DNA of 64,000 bases from Octopus vulgaris (lineage: Eukaryota): NCBI GenBank assembly GCA_951406725.2, contig OX597821.1, positions 51,646,001 through 51,710,000 on the forward strand, written 5' to 3'. Positions 14,070 through 26,330 of this stretch are shown here, piece by piece. A program made the translations under genes and the position numbers. How positions within the stretch are numbered: the stretch's first letter is position 1; the number at the start of each line of letters is the position of its first letter. The notes beneath the pieces are model-generated. The model was given only the letters and a program-made list of their open reading frames with translations. It did not search any database and was not told the origin of the DNA.

Positions 14070-14122
14070 TGAGAACGTACGTTTCAAGATTAGTCAAAAT
14101 CGACACTTCTATCATCAGCTCA
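14070..14122 (-). ncRNA. Type I hammerhead motif (copy 1)
   Basis: Exact reverse complement of 14510-14562. Confidence 0.65.
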
Positions 14123-14509
14123 GAACTCCCTGGTTTGGATTTGAAAACACTGAAAGTGGGAGCATACCCTTTCGGCTTGTTATCACTTGTGAAGATCTGC
14201 TCAAAACTAACAGTGCCAGCAAATTCAAATATGCAAGCGAAGAATTTCTGCTCTCCCCTTTCCACCAGCGTGGGTTAAAATCAGCAAACACTATGCTTTT
14301 TTCGGTAAAATCCGAGGCATTTTATAGAGAGAGATGAATTATAATTTCAACAATTGAGGGTAAAATTAATTAATTAATCAATTTCACCAAGTATTCAGTA
14401 TACAAAGGGACCATTTAAGGCGAATTCAAATTATTACATTATATAAAAGGGCTTAGTAAAATAAATTACTTTGCCGCATACTGAACTCATTAGAAATAGC
14501 AGGGAGTTC

Positions 14510-14562
14510 TGAGCTGATGATAGAAGTGTCGATTTTGACTAATCTTGAAACGTACGTTCTCA
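14510..14562 (+). ncRNA. Type I hammerhead motif (copy 2, GUU site)
   Basis: tgag-CTGATGA-tagaagtgtc(gatttt)gactaatctt-GAAA-cgtacg-TT-ctca; stem I tgag/ctca, palindromic stem III acgtacgt; U-U at the base of stem II. Confidence 0.65.
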
Positions 14563-14843
14563 AATAACCTTTGCATTTGATTTTTTAATGTCTCTACCCC
14601 CATACTTTCGTGAGTTGAATTGAGCAAACACTATATGAGAGAGGTTTTCTTTAAGTATTGGAAATAGTTTTTAAAAAAGTTTTTTTAGCTGCTATTTCTA
14701 ATGAGTTCAGTATGCGGCAAAGTAATTTATTTTACTAAGCCCTTTTATATAATGTAATAATTTGAATTCGCCTTAAATGGTCCCTTTGTATACTGAATAC
14801 TTGGTGAAATTGATTAATTAATTAATTTTACCCTCAATTGTTG

Positions 14844-14894
<51 letters not shown>

Positions 14895-15220
14895 AGGAGC
14901 ACTCCGTCGGTTGCGACGACGGGGGTCCCAGCTGATACGATCAACGGAATAGCTTGCTTGTGAAATTAACATGGAAGTGGCTGAGCACTCCACAAACACG
15001 TGTACCCTTAACATAGTTCTTGGGGAGATTCAGCGTGACACAGAGTGTGACAAGGCTGACTCTTTGAAATACAGGTACTACTCAGTTTTGCCAGCTGAGT
15101 GGACTGGACGAACGGGAAATAAAGTGTCTTGCTCAAGGACACAACGCGCTGCCGAGAATTGAACTCACGACCTTACGATCATGAGCTGAATGCCCCTAAC
15201 AACTAAGCCACGCACCTTCA
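14895..15220 (-). mobile_element. tRNA-derived CORE-like SINE (family C)
   Basis: Minus strand: tggcttagttgttagggg...gtgagttcaattctcgg (A/B boxes), then gtgtccttgagcaagacactttattt...ccagtccactcagctggcaaaactgagtag (CORE-like). Confidence 0.8.
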
Positions 15221-15495
15221 CTATATATATATGGTGGTTGTCTACTCCTTATGCAGAGTCTGACCATCTCTTGTACTTACACCTTAGATCCATCATGCCG
15301 TATGATGTGGCTTTTTAAACCAAACAATATATTGATAAGACTCCTACATAGATTTGGACCACCAAGAACTGCAGTTAAGTTGTGATCTCAAAATATCTTT
15401 TGAGATCTCCGTTAGATTTGCAGACCTTATGGCATATAGGACTTTGAAAGCTGTGCACAGATATATATATATAAGGGTCGATGATAGGGCCACAC

Positions 15496-15537
<42 letters not shown>

Positions 15538-16324
15538 GTGTGTTGGTGTGTATATATATACTCTCACAAACACACATACACACACACACATACATAGAAT
15601 ATTCCTGTACATCTCCATCTTCCTGATTCCAATCAAAATTTATTTGGCAACTCGTGGTTTCGACGCTAAAATAGAAGACATTTGCACAAGGTGCTATGCA
15701 GTTAAGTCAAAATCGGAGTCAGATAATTGGGAAACGAACGTCTTAACTACACGGATATTACTATGAGTTTGAAATAACTTTCTTAGATTCTCCACCGCAC
15801 TATAGATATTTTCAATAGCCCTATCATCGACCCTTATTAAATGCTATAACAACGACGAAAGGTGAATATTTTCATTATATGCAAATCCATAAAACGCTTT
15901 TGACTTTTTTTTTAATTGGTAATGCGCTGTAGCAAAAAAAAAAGAGTATAAAAGTTATGAATAGCCGATTCGAATGAGTATTTCCTAAAGCCTGAATGAT
16001 GAATAAGAAAAGTATTTTTCTAAATTTATTTACTGAGGTTCTAGAAATTCAATGTAATATCACATGGAACAGAGGCTATTGAGAATATAAAGGCAAGCGT
16101 GAGCAAGATGCACAGCTTGACAGAGATTTAAAGATTTAAAGCTGGTATATCAATGTTGGAGAAGGTGTTTTAGCTGTTAAATATAGCGGCATTCAGATCA
16201 AGGGGGAATCTATTCGTGTATGCCACTATTAGTACACAGCTGACTAGGAGTTTGGAAATACAAGAAAACTTCAAAGTAAAACCCCTTATGAAAATCTGAA
16301 TGGTAAACGATAAGCGCAAGAATG

Positions 16325-16465
16325 ACAGTGTGGTTAAGAAGCGAGTTCGTGTTCAGTCCCTCTCCATGGCACTTTGGGTATAGTGTCTTTGATTATACGC
16401 GTGGGCCGACCAATGACACTGGGTAAATATTTTGGTCGGAAACTTGGTGAAAGCCCGTCATATAC
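16325..16465 (+). mobile_element. SINE family A, decayed
   Basis: gtgtggttaagaag...ttcagtccc...ggccgaccaa...ggtcggaaact...agcccgtc followed by a microsatellite. Confidence 0.75.
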
Positions 16466-16500
16466 ATATGTGTGTGTGTGTGTCTGCGTGCGTGCGTATA

Positions 16501-16572
<72 letters not shown>

Positions 16573-16655
16573 GGTCCCGAGTTGAATCGGGGTTAACCAC
16601 AGTAAATAAGGTACTCAATACATAGCAGAGTAAATTAATTTATTTTATAGAAGGA

Positions 16656-16704
16656 GCTTCTACAGGACTAGAACTGTTTCATTCAAAAGAAATCATCAGG
16701 AAGC
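16656..16704 (-). ncRNA. Type I hammerhead ribozyme (GUA site) in one arm of a palindrome
   Basis: Minus strand: gcttc-CTGATGA-tttc(tttt)gaat-GAAA-cag(ttctagtc)ctg-TA-gaagc; 5-bp stem I. Confidence 0.75.
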
Positions 16705-17617
16705 CTGATGATTTCTTTTGAATGAATCAGTTCTAGTCCTGTAGAAGCTCCTTCTATAAAATAAATATATATATATATATATAAAGTTAATCCAAACATG
16801 TAAGCACAAAAAACACAACAACGCGAGGACATATATATATATATATATGTATGTATGTATGTATGTATGCATATATAATTGAACTTTAGATGAGTTAAAA
16901 TGTTTGTGACATATTGCAAATCTAAATGCAAATTCACTGCAGTCGTCGTAGAGAACAAAAAATTTCTCTTACGGTAAAAGGCGTAAAAATACCATATCCG
17001 AATCTGTCCAGACTAAACTTTTTAAACCTTCAGTGAGAATTTTTTCTCTGCAGTATCTGCAGGACATTTATTTGCCTTTAAAAATTTAAATGTCACAAAC
17101 TTATTTGAACTCAGCTGACACCGATAGGGATGAATATATATCTTTCACTGGCTACCTCTTGACAACTAGTTTTGGTTTCCTTACATACCCGCAACTTAGC
17201 TGTTCGGCAAAATAGAAGGATATAGTGAGTACCGAGGACGATCTGTTCGACTAAAACCCTTCACAGCCGTAGTCCAATAGTCCATTGACTTAAACAACTA
17301 AAACCTAATGTTTGTGTGTGTGTGAGTGTGTGTATGTGTGAGTGTATTCGCATTTTTGTGTGTGTATGTGTGCGTGCGTGTGTCCATTATTGTGACCTAT
17401 ACCTTATCATACCAGTAGTTTGTATTACTGCTTAAGAAATAAATATCAAGTATAAAATTGCATCACTGTTTTAAACTGAAATTTAGTTTCCGTTTATGGA
17501 AATAACAGATGTAGCTTATGAAATATTCATTACGCAATTTGGTGCGAACGCTTTCTGTTCCTCTTGCTTTCTCACATACATACATACATACATACATATA
17601 TACACACACACACACAC

Positions 17618-17701
<84 letters not shown>

Positions 17702-17709
17702 CATATATA

Positions 17710-17745
<36 letters not shown>

Positions 17746-18109
17746 TCTGTATGTATGTAGTGGTGACTTCACGACTTTTCTGCCATTTAATCTATACATA
17801 TTAGAAATAGTTACGTAGCAACCTTTTACTGAACGTTGTAAAGAATGATTCTTGTGGAAATATCTATTGCCAATACTTTGTAGCAAAAAGCAAACACGGT
17901 TTTAAATACTTTCAAACTGTAGATAACAAATATCTCCGGTCATAACAGATTCAAGGTCCTATTCCGGTGCATTTGAACAGTTGTCTTCTGATGTTGCTTC
18001 TTATTGTCCAATATCATTTGTGTAGAAATGTTCTTGGCGGGAAACTATGTGCGTACGCCCGTGTGTGTGTATGTGTGCAGGAGAGAGAGAAAGTGATTAG
18101 TGAGGGAGT

Positions 18110-18300
18110 GTGAGAGAGAGGTCACATGACCTAAGAGTACTGTACTTACGACTGCAAGATTGTGGCTTTAATTCTCAGAGTGATGGTGCGTTTTGTTCTT
18201 CTGCAAAACACTTCACGTTATGTAAATCCAGTTTACTTAGATGTAAATTGGTAACCCTGCGACGGACATGTCTTCCGTTTAGTGGGGATGTTTACCTTCC
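18110..18300 (+). mobile_element. Decayed CORE-like SINE
   Basis: gcgttttgttcttctgcaaaacacttcacgtt...ccagtttacttagatgtaaattggtaaccctgcgacggac. Confidence 0.55.
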
Positions 18301-18982
18301 CACCTAGGCAGTCCAACATTCTCCACCCCCCCCCCCCCCATTTTGGCTCGTGCCGTTTTCTGCCTGCTTCTATTTCCCTTCCTTTGTCTGGGTTATTTTT
18401 TCGTCACTCATACGTACAATCTATATATTACCATATATATTATGCCTATATTTTATGTATGCGTATAAATAGTTATTTCTATAGAGGTCCATTGTATACC
18501 CCTCAGTATACACGTATATACACAATATTATCAAAATCTACATATTTCTGGGAATATATTCTTCCCTCGTAACTCGATTCTACATTTTGGTAATGTTTTC
18601 CATTTATATAAATGCTTTCTCAAATAAAATCGCAGGTCATTTTTGAAACTCCGACTCAGCTTTAAGGTGATACAAAAAAAAAACGAGACTTTGAGTGCAT
18701 TGCATCTTAAAGCTGAAACCGCTGTAAGATAATGAAGTTTATTGCATAATTTCTTGTTCTTTTCTCAGATATATTATTCCAAATTACGCTCTTTACTCGA
18801 CTAACGCTTTTCCTTGAAGCATATGCATTGTATATTGATCTCTAACACCAGGTTATTGGCTAAATATTACTACATTACTTTACTACATCACACACCTAAA
18901 AGCAGCCAGGGTTCTGTGTGTTTTAAGTGTTTCATTAAATTTCTTTGTTTAACTTAACAAGAAATATGCTATTCAGTATATC

Positions 18983-19367
18983 TATTTCTTTACTACCCAC
19001 AAGGAGCTAAACGCAGAGAGGACAAACAATGACAAACAAAGGTTATATCGACCCCAGTGCGTAATTGGTACTTATTCAATCGACCCCGAAAGGATGAAAG
19101 GTAAAGTCGACCTTGGAGGGATTTGAACTCAGAACGTAACGGTAGACGAAATACCTATTTCTTAACTACCCACAAGAGGCTAAACACATAGAGGACAAAC
19201 AAGGACGGACAAACGGATTAAGTCGATTATATCGACCCCAGTAACTGGTACTTATTTAATCGACCCCGAAAAGATGAAAGGCAAAGTCGACCTCGGCGGA
19301 ATTTGAACTCAGAAATACTGTTACGCATTTCGCCCGGCGTGCTAACGTTTCTGCCAGCTCGCCGCCT
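18983..19367 (-). mobile_element. Nin/Deu-domain-like tRNA SINE with duplicated body and 16-bp TSD
   Basis: Head aaggcggcgagctggcagaaacgttagc; two copies of gtcgacttt(g/a)cctttcatc(c/t)tttcggggtcgat; TSD tgctattcagtatatc at 18967-18982 and 19368-19383. Confidence 0.9.
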
Positions 19368-20207
19368 TGCTATTCAGTATATCACGTCATGATCGGCCCA
19401 AATTCATTGACTCATTTGAATTTCTCCTCTCTTTTCATTTGTATCAATTTTAATGGACAAAACTTGAACACAACCCTTAAATATCATACGCGCTTCAGTA
19501 AGTTAAATTGGCAAGGTCTAATAGATCGAATCATGTTCATTTTCCCCCACCTTGGTTGTGAATGCATGTAATGTTTTGAAATTATCTCCCGTATTTTTTT
19601 TTTTTACCCATTGCTAACATTTTCAAAAAATCTTTTTTATTAGTCATGGAATGCAATGTTCATGACCCCTTGCAGGGCCTCTAAGTATAATAGGAGAGAA
19701 GATGGATGATATCCTGGAAATCCAGATTTCTAGTTTGCTTTCGTGCAACAGAGGGAAATTTGCTAAACAACAAGGTGTCGGCTGGTGATGCTTAGTCAGG
19801 TGACGAATTAAGTCACTAGGTCTTTATTTCCTTTCTCCAACTTGTAGGCAATTTTCAATTAATTAAGACAGTTTTGCATGTGTCACCCAGTAACTCCGCC
19901 TCCAAAATTGTCATCAGCTGCGCCATTTGTCTAATTACAATTACTGATAGCTACTTTGTATATCTATTCTGGTTTATATAAAATCATTTTAACTCATGGG
20001 TATATTGTTTCCTGCCAAATTAGAATAGACATTATTTGTTGTCTTGTTAAACGACGCCAATAAATGTTTAGAAACATAAAATAGTATTCCTGCTCTTTCA
20101 GCTGTCATGCTTTCGACTTTGATTGCTTTTTTTATTTCAGTCCAGACTGCTCAAGCCATATTTACTTGTGTCCGAGCGTGTTTATATATATATATATATA
20201 TATTTGT

Positions 20208-20255
<48 letters not shown>

Positions 20256-20856
20256 CATTATTCAGTTTATTTCAATATTTCTTGCTAATAAAGAAAGAAC
20301 CGGTTTCTAACCTAGATCCAAGGTTCCTTCATTGGAATTTCAACATCAACAACATGGTATTTTTGTTTGCTTGCATATATGTATGCATGCATGTATGTAT
20401 GTATGTATGTATGTATGTATGTATGTATGTATGTATGTATGTATGCATGTGCAGATTTGTATGTTTTATGTATGTATTCTTATGTATATAGTTGCATATC
20501 TAGATATGCTCATATATATTTAAATGATAAAGTTCTGGAAAGTTTTACAGATTTTTACTGTTCCAGTAATGGATTGGATCTGTAGTCTTCGAATTAGCTT
20601 TCTTCTTTCTGGTTTTGAGAAGCCTAATGTCTCAAGATTGCTATTTAGGCAGTGTGTTACATATCCCAGGGCCCCAATAATTACAGGCATAAACCGGAAC
20701 TTGTAATCTGAATAGAGTAACTGCAGATTTCTCAATAGTTCAGCATAGGTGTTCTCTTTTTCACTGATCTTCAGCTTTATGTTAACATCAGCTGGGCAGC
20801 TAATTTTCAGAACTGTTGCCAGTTTCTTTTCTCTATGCCAAATCATTATATCAGGT
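20256..20856 (-). mobile_element. 5'-truncated RLE-clade (R4/Dong-like) non-LTR retrotransposon, endonuclease end plus 3' UTR
   Basis: 'PDIMIW..KKLATVLKISCPADVNIKLKISEKENTYAEL...PVIIGALG' is a PD-(D/E)xK restriction-like endonuclease; homologous to 44367-45246. Confidence 0.85.
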
Positions 20857-21314
20857 ATGTATGTATGTGTGTGTATATGTGTATGTATGTATGTATGTAT
20901 GTATGTATGTATGTATGTATTCCCGCATGGATGCATGCAGGTATATATGAATTTAAAGATTGTTTGTAATGGTGTACATATCTTATATATTAAGAAAAAG
21001 AACTCTAGTCAGGTCTTGAATAAAAACTTTAATTAGTGCTTTCGTCCCATTCATGGAATCATCATGAATGCCTTTCATCTGTTATAGAAAATTCATACCT
21101 TTTATATATATATATGTGAGTTAGTTGAAGCGAAAATCTTGAGTTGAACTTGTTTTCTTGAAGTCTGAAAAGATGTGCAAGTGGATATTTGAGATGTTTT
21201 CCTTCTAGTTTGAACCAATATGTTTTACGTAATCGTCTTGCAAAGCTACATCAGTGGAGAATATATGACAAACATTTTTATGGGAGGAAGGATTTTCGAA
21301 ACGTCATATCTATC

Positions 21315-21371
<57 letters not shown>

Positions 21372-21572
21372 ACATACACATACACACACACACACACTTA
21401 TGTTTGCATATATAGCAATGATGAAATAGCAGGCGATGCATAAATGTCAGTTAATTTCAGCACCTAGTACATTAATCCGACTAAATGTGGTGCTTGCAGG
21501 TTAAGTCAATCCAGCCTGGTGCATACCATTTAAGTACTTGATTCTGTTCAGAATCGCTTATATTGTTATATA

Positions 21573-21609
<37 letters not shown>

Positions 21610-21681
21610 AATAATATAATATATACACATCTTCACATACATTCATGCATACATACATACATACATACATACATACCTATA

Positions 21682-21715
<34 letters not shown>

Positions 21716-21769
21716 CACACATATATATATATATACATAAATATATATATATATATATAAGTGTGTGTG

Positions 21770-21992
21770 TATATGTTTGTGTGTCTGTGTTTGTCCCCCC
21801 CAACATCGCTTGACAACCGATGCTGGTGTGTTTACGTCCCCGTCACTTAACGGTTCGGCAAAAGAGACCGATAGAATAAGTACTGGGCTTACAAAGAATA
21901 AGTCCCGGGGTCGATTTGCTCGACTAAAGGCGGTGCTCCAGCATGGCCGCAGTCAAATGACTGAAACAAGTAAAAGAGAGTAAAGAGTAAAG
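21770..21992 (+). mobile_element. SINE family B half, well preserved
   Basis: gtttgtccccccaacatcgcttgacaaccgatgctgg...gcatggccgcagtcaaatgactgaaacaagtaaaagag. Confidence 0.9.
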
Positions 21993-21993
21993 A

Positions 21994-22059
<66 letters not shown>

Positions 22060-22060
22060 T

Positions 22061-23115
22061 AAAAGTTAGACAGAGAAGCAAAAAATAGACGAAACTGGCA
22101 AAAAACATAACGGATATTAAAGAGGGACAAAAACACAATACAAGGAACATTTGCGGCTGATTGCTTCACTTGGTTTCCATTTAAAACCAAAACCACAGTT
22201 ATCAACGGGTGCACCAGAGCATGGAGCTACAGGAAAGAGCTGACGAATGTGTGCGAGGATAGGACAAAATAATATTGTGTATTCAATGAAGCGGCAAGCT
22301 GGCAGGAACGTTAGCACGCCAGGCGAAATGCTTACCAGTATTTTGTCTGTCTTTACATTCTGATTTCAAATTCCGCCGAGGTCGACTTTGCCTTTTATCC
22401 CTTTCGGGGTCGATAAATTAAGTATTAATTGCGTACTGGGGTTAATCTAATCGACTGGATCCCTCTCCCAAAATTTCGGGCCTTGTGTCTAGAGTAGAAA
22501 AGAAAAGAATATTGTGTGCACAATAAGAAATGACAAGATATAACAGACAAGGAATGGTACATATGCAATAGAAAATGCCTTATGATTGTACAATGATCGA
22601 AAGGAATAATTATACGCATACCGTACTACAACAATACATTAAAAACCGAAAAAGCCTTTTCGGCTATCAAAACATAGTGAGGTAGCGCAAAGAAATATAA
22701 AAAAGTCCTTGACAGATAGAACAAGTTTCGTCAGCAGCAGTCCGAAAAAGAACGACACCAGTCACGAGGAAGAGTGGTTGAGGAAATAAATGAAGGAGTG
22801 AGGTGAAGAGAGAGGCAGAAGAGTAAGAGAGGGGGAAAGAGAAGAATTGGGTCAAAGTAGACAGTTAAGGAAGGGAGAGAAAAGAAAACAGAGAGAGAAG
22901 AAGAAAAACCTACGAGTTACACTACAAATATTAAGGTAATATTATTTAAGTAAACAAGCCGGGTGCGTTGCTCTGCACTGAGTATTTCAAAAGTTAGGCA
23001 GCGAAGGGAGAAGTACACGAAACTGGGCGAAAACATAACGGACAGAAAAGGGAGACAAAAACACTATACAAGGAACATTCGTAGCTGGTTTTCTCATCAG
23101 TTGGTTTCCGAGACA
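22061..23115 (-). mobile_element. Non-coding element with ~115-bp diverged terminal direct repeats (PLE pLTR-like), with a nested SINE
   Basis: aaaagttag(a/g)cag...acgaaactgg...aaaacataacgga...acaaaaacac...tacaaggaacatt at ~22061-22180 and ~22989-23110. Confidence 0.5.
22289..22505 (+). mobile_element. Nin/Deu-domain-like SINE, full length
   Basis: Head aagcggcaagctggcaggaacgttagcacgcc; core ttccgccgaggtcgactttgcc...ggggtcgataaattaagt; flanked by aatattgtgt repeats. Confidence 0.9.
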
Positions 23116-23374
23116 TATATAATATACCTGCCTGTATACCTGTGTATATTAACTTTTTTAACATACCGACACATTGTTTCACTAAAGATGTAGATATAGA
23201 TATTTTAAATTCAATATCATATTTCTTTTTAATAGTATGTATCCATGCTTTTCTTAGAGGTTTAGTGCTTGAAGTTACAAAATCTATTCAGGGCTTGATT
23301 TATCTTCAAACGTGAAAAGGCAGATATGAAAATTAATTCCTCCCTCCGACGTTTTCGTGTATATCGTTAGAGCT

Positions 23375-23690
23375 ACTACATTGAAGTATTTTGTCCGTCT
23401 TCACGTTTGGAGTTCAAATTGTGCCAAGGTCGACTTTGCCTTTCAACCTTTCGGGGTCGAGGATACAAATACCAGCTGATTTCGAAATAAGTGGTAACCT
23501 GGTAGAATTGTTAGCACACCTGATAAAACACTTAGCGGTACTTCTTCTTCGTTAAGCTCCATCGAGGTGGGCTTTGCTTTCCATCCATTCTGGCTCGATA
23601 AAATAAATACTAGTTGAACGCAAGAGTCGGGGAAATTGACTAACCCCTTCCCGCTAAATGACAGGCCGTTAGTAGAAATGATTGTGCCAT
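23375..23690 (+). mobile_element. Two adjacent decayed Nin/Deu-like SINE copies
   Basis: aggtcgactttgcctttcaacctttcggggtcga and gaggtgggctttgctttccatccattctggctcgataaaat. Confidence 0.8.
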
Positions 23691-25774
23691 CCAAATTTTC
23701 CTCTCCAAGATGGTATTTAAAATACTGTCTACCAACCATGGTTACAACCTTTCCAAATATTCTCCTTCAACTTTACAACTTGCTTCAAGTTAGGATATAC
23801 AACTTAAGACAACGTAACTAAATTAATTTTAATATTCCAATATGCATTATTGGCATTTTATAGAAGTATCGCTTGTATCCTTTGGGGAATTACTTTTTTA
23901 AACGGAGCGTACATTTGGCTGAGGATTCCCTTGTGTTTTGTAAAATTCTTATATACAATTGTGTCTTGAGGAAAACCTCTGCCTACATAAAATGTTTTCA
24001 GATTACACTCTAATTTGTTAAACAGCCTTCACTGCATGAAAATTAATCACCTTTGTCTTCTTTATATGGAAACAAAAATTAGGTGTTCAATATATGCAAT
24101 CTATACATTATTAGTTGGCTGCAAGGCATTCAGGTTATAGCAAAGTTTTTTCCTACGGATAAGACATTCATTACAAATGTTCTTGAACATATAATTTTAT
24201 GCCAATATGTAACTGTTATTGCCATTACATCCAGATTTCTTAAGAAATAAGAAGAGTATGCGTGGTTAAGTTTATTTTGCAACCACATGGCTGCGGGTTC
24301 GATCCCACATCGCGTGGCATTTCAGGCGAGTGTCTTCTACAATCATCGCAATTTGATAAAAATCGATGAACTAGTTCGCTCGATGAAAAATAGCTTGCGG
24401 TTATTATTTCGTTCCTATCGCACAGTTACGCCCTCATCACACTCGGCGCTGTAACTGCAATGAAATGTTGACTAGCCCGGCGACAAACCAAAACCCACGA
24501 CGCAATTGTTCACAAAATTCATGATATGAAATATAATTAAAATAAAACTTGAGAAATGTCGTGAAAGAGTTAAAAAATATCTTGAAACTGTTAACTTATA
24601 TAAAAAGCCTGTTTCGCTATATCGTTGGTGTTTGGGTCTAATAATCAAGATTAAATAAAATTATCAAAAGCAAACTAACTGTGACTATCCTATCTTTTTA
24701 TCAGTGTGCAGAGCTATATTATATAATCTAAGATTTATTGAAGGCGGTAAAAAGTGATTCTAAGAAGATTTACCCATTACTTTTACCAGATCGTGGTTCC
24801 CATTTTGATTCGAAAATTTTATTTCGTTGATATTCCTCGGAAGGTTTCTCGAAGTTATACAATTTAGATATCTCTATGGTTTCTGCTGCATTTCATTTTT
24901 ATATTCCATCAACTTACATATCAAAAAGTTGTAACCTATTTCTTATTTCTTTGATGACATCGGTCTAATATTGGCACATGTTTACATTTGAGGGTGAACA
25001 ACAATTTACATTGATCAACTATCTTTGTACTTTAGTACTACTATTTCAATCAACACACGAGTGACTGCATAGGAGTGGTTTCTATGTAATCACGCTGTTT
25101 ATTTGGGTCACAGTAACCTTAATTTAGTAGCCTATATAACTTCATTGCTGACATGAACTTGATATTCTTTCTTGTAAAATCGCGTTCATTCCAAAACCCT
25201 GCAATTAACGTCTTTCATATTATGGTGTCACCGTAATTATTCGTCCCTCTGTATAATCGAAACCTAATACTAGGTTTGCTCACAATGGTAACATTTGCTA
25301 TACAATGTATCTTACGCGTCATATGTTCTTTCATTTTTAAAACACGTCCCTCAATCTCTTATGAATAATTCATAAATACCAAATATTAAGTTTATTGGGT
25401 GGGAACGGCAGCTTGGCTAATCAGTGGAGTACCAACTCAGAAGACAAGAATTAGGTTATTCGTATCCTAATAAGAGTAATGAAACTTTAACCATGAGATC
25501 TAACTAACAATTGTCCCAGTGAATTCGCTGTAAATATCTTTCATAAGGATGTAAAATTCTTTGTAAATTAATGAGTACAGTAATTCAATTACAGTGACTG
25601 AGCAGAGAAAGCATTCAGTTTTTTGTCTTTTGTTTTTTTTTTGGAGGGGGGATAAAGATCGTGAAGAATGGAATTCTAGACAGGTATCCAAGCTATTAAA
25701 TTCATTATCAAAATCGGTCTGAGATATCAATAATAATGATAATAATAATAAGAAGAAGAAGAAGAAGAAAGCTA

Positions 25775-26330
25775 TGAAAAATATAAATATCTGGGAATAA
25801 ACGAAGATGGTGTACAACATGCAACTATGAACGAAAAACTAAGGAGCATTACAGGAGAGTAAAATTCATATTAAAAACTGAACTCAACTCCAAAAATTGA
25901 ATCGAAGTCATTAACACCCTGGCACTTCCAGTAGTCCAATACAGTTTTAACATCATTAACTGGAATCTTACAGAACTCCAACGCCTGGACAAGAAGACCA
26001 GAAAACTACTAACATCTAAGAACATGCACCACCCAAAAGCAGATGTTAATCGTCTGTACCTACCTAAAGATAATGGAGGAAGAGGAATGATGCAGGTAGA
26101 GCTGTGCTATAAGACCACCACAATAGCAATGAACAAGTTTTTATCTAGTACAGAAGACTGAATGCTGTGACTTGTGTGCAAACGCGAAAGCAGCAAAAAG
26201 TCACATGCCATTATCATGGAAGCTTGCAAATTCGCAAAGGAACTCGGTATTAACCCTGAATTAGATGAAGAACCTGAAACCAATGTCACCAAATAAGCAA
26301 ATCGGATCAAACAGACTGCAAAAAAGAACA
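25775..26330 (+). mobile_element. RLE-clade (R4/Dong-like) reverse-transcriptase fragment
   Basis: 'KYKYLGI..GVQH', 'ILKTELNSKN*IEVINTLALPVVQYSFNIINW..ELQRLDKKTRKLL..MHHPKADVNRLYLPKDNGGRGMMQVE'; stops present; preceded by (TAA)n/(AAG)n. Confidence 0.85.

Larger units (their letters stand above)
13882..14847. mobile_element. Young HHR-bearing non-coding retroelement (558-bp monomer, partial tandem plus inverted copy) in (TA)n
   Basis: 13887-13944 repeated at 14445-14502 (period 558); 14500-14847 is the reverse complement of 14132->13887 continuing into 14444->14344; near-identical copies. Confidence 0.85.

Noticed and set aside
14005-14337. 110-aa ORF inside the 558-bp monomer
   Set aside because: Non-ATG start, no recognisable motif, and antisense to the ribozyme strand of that copy
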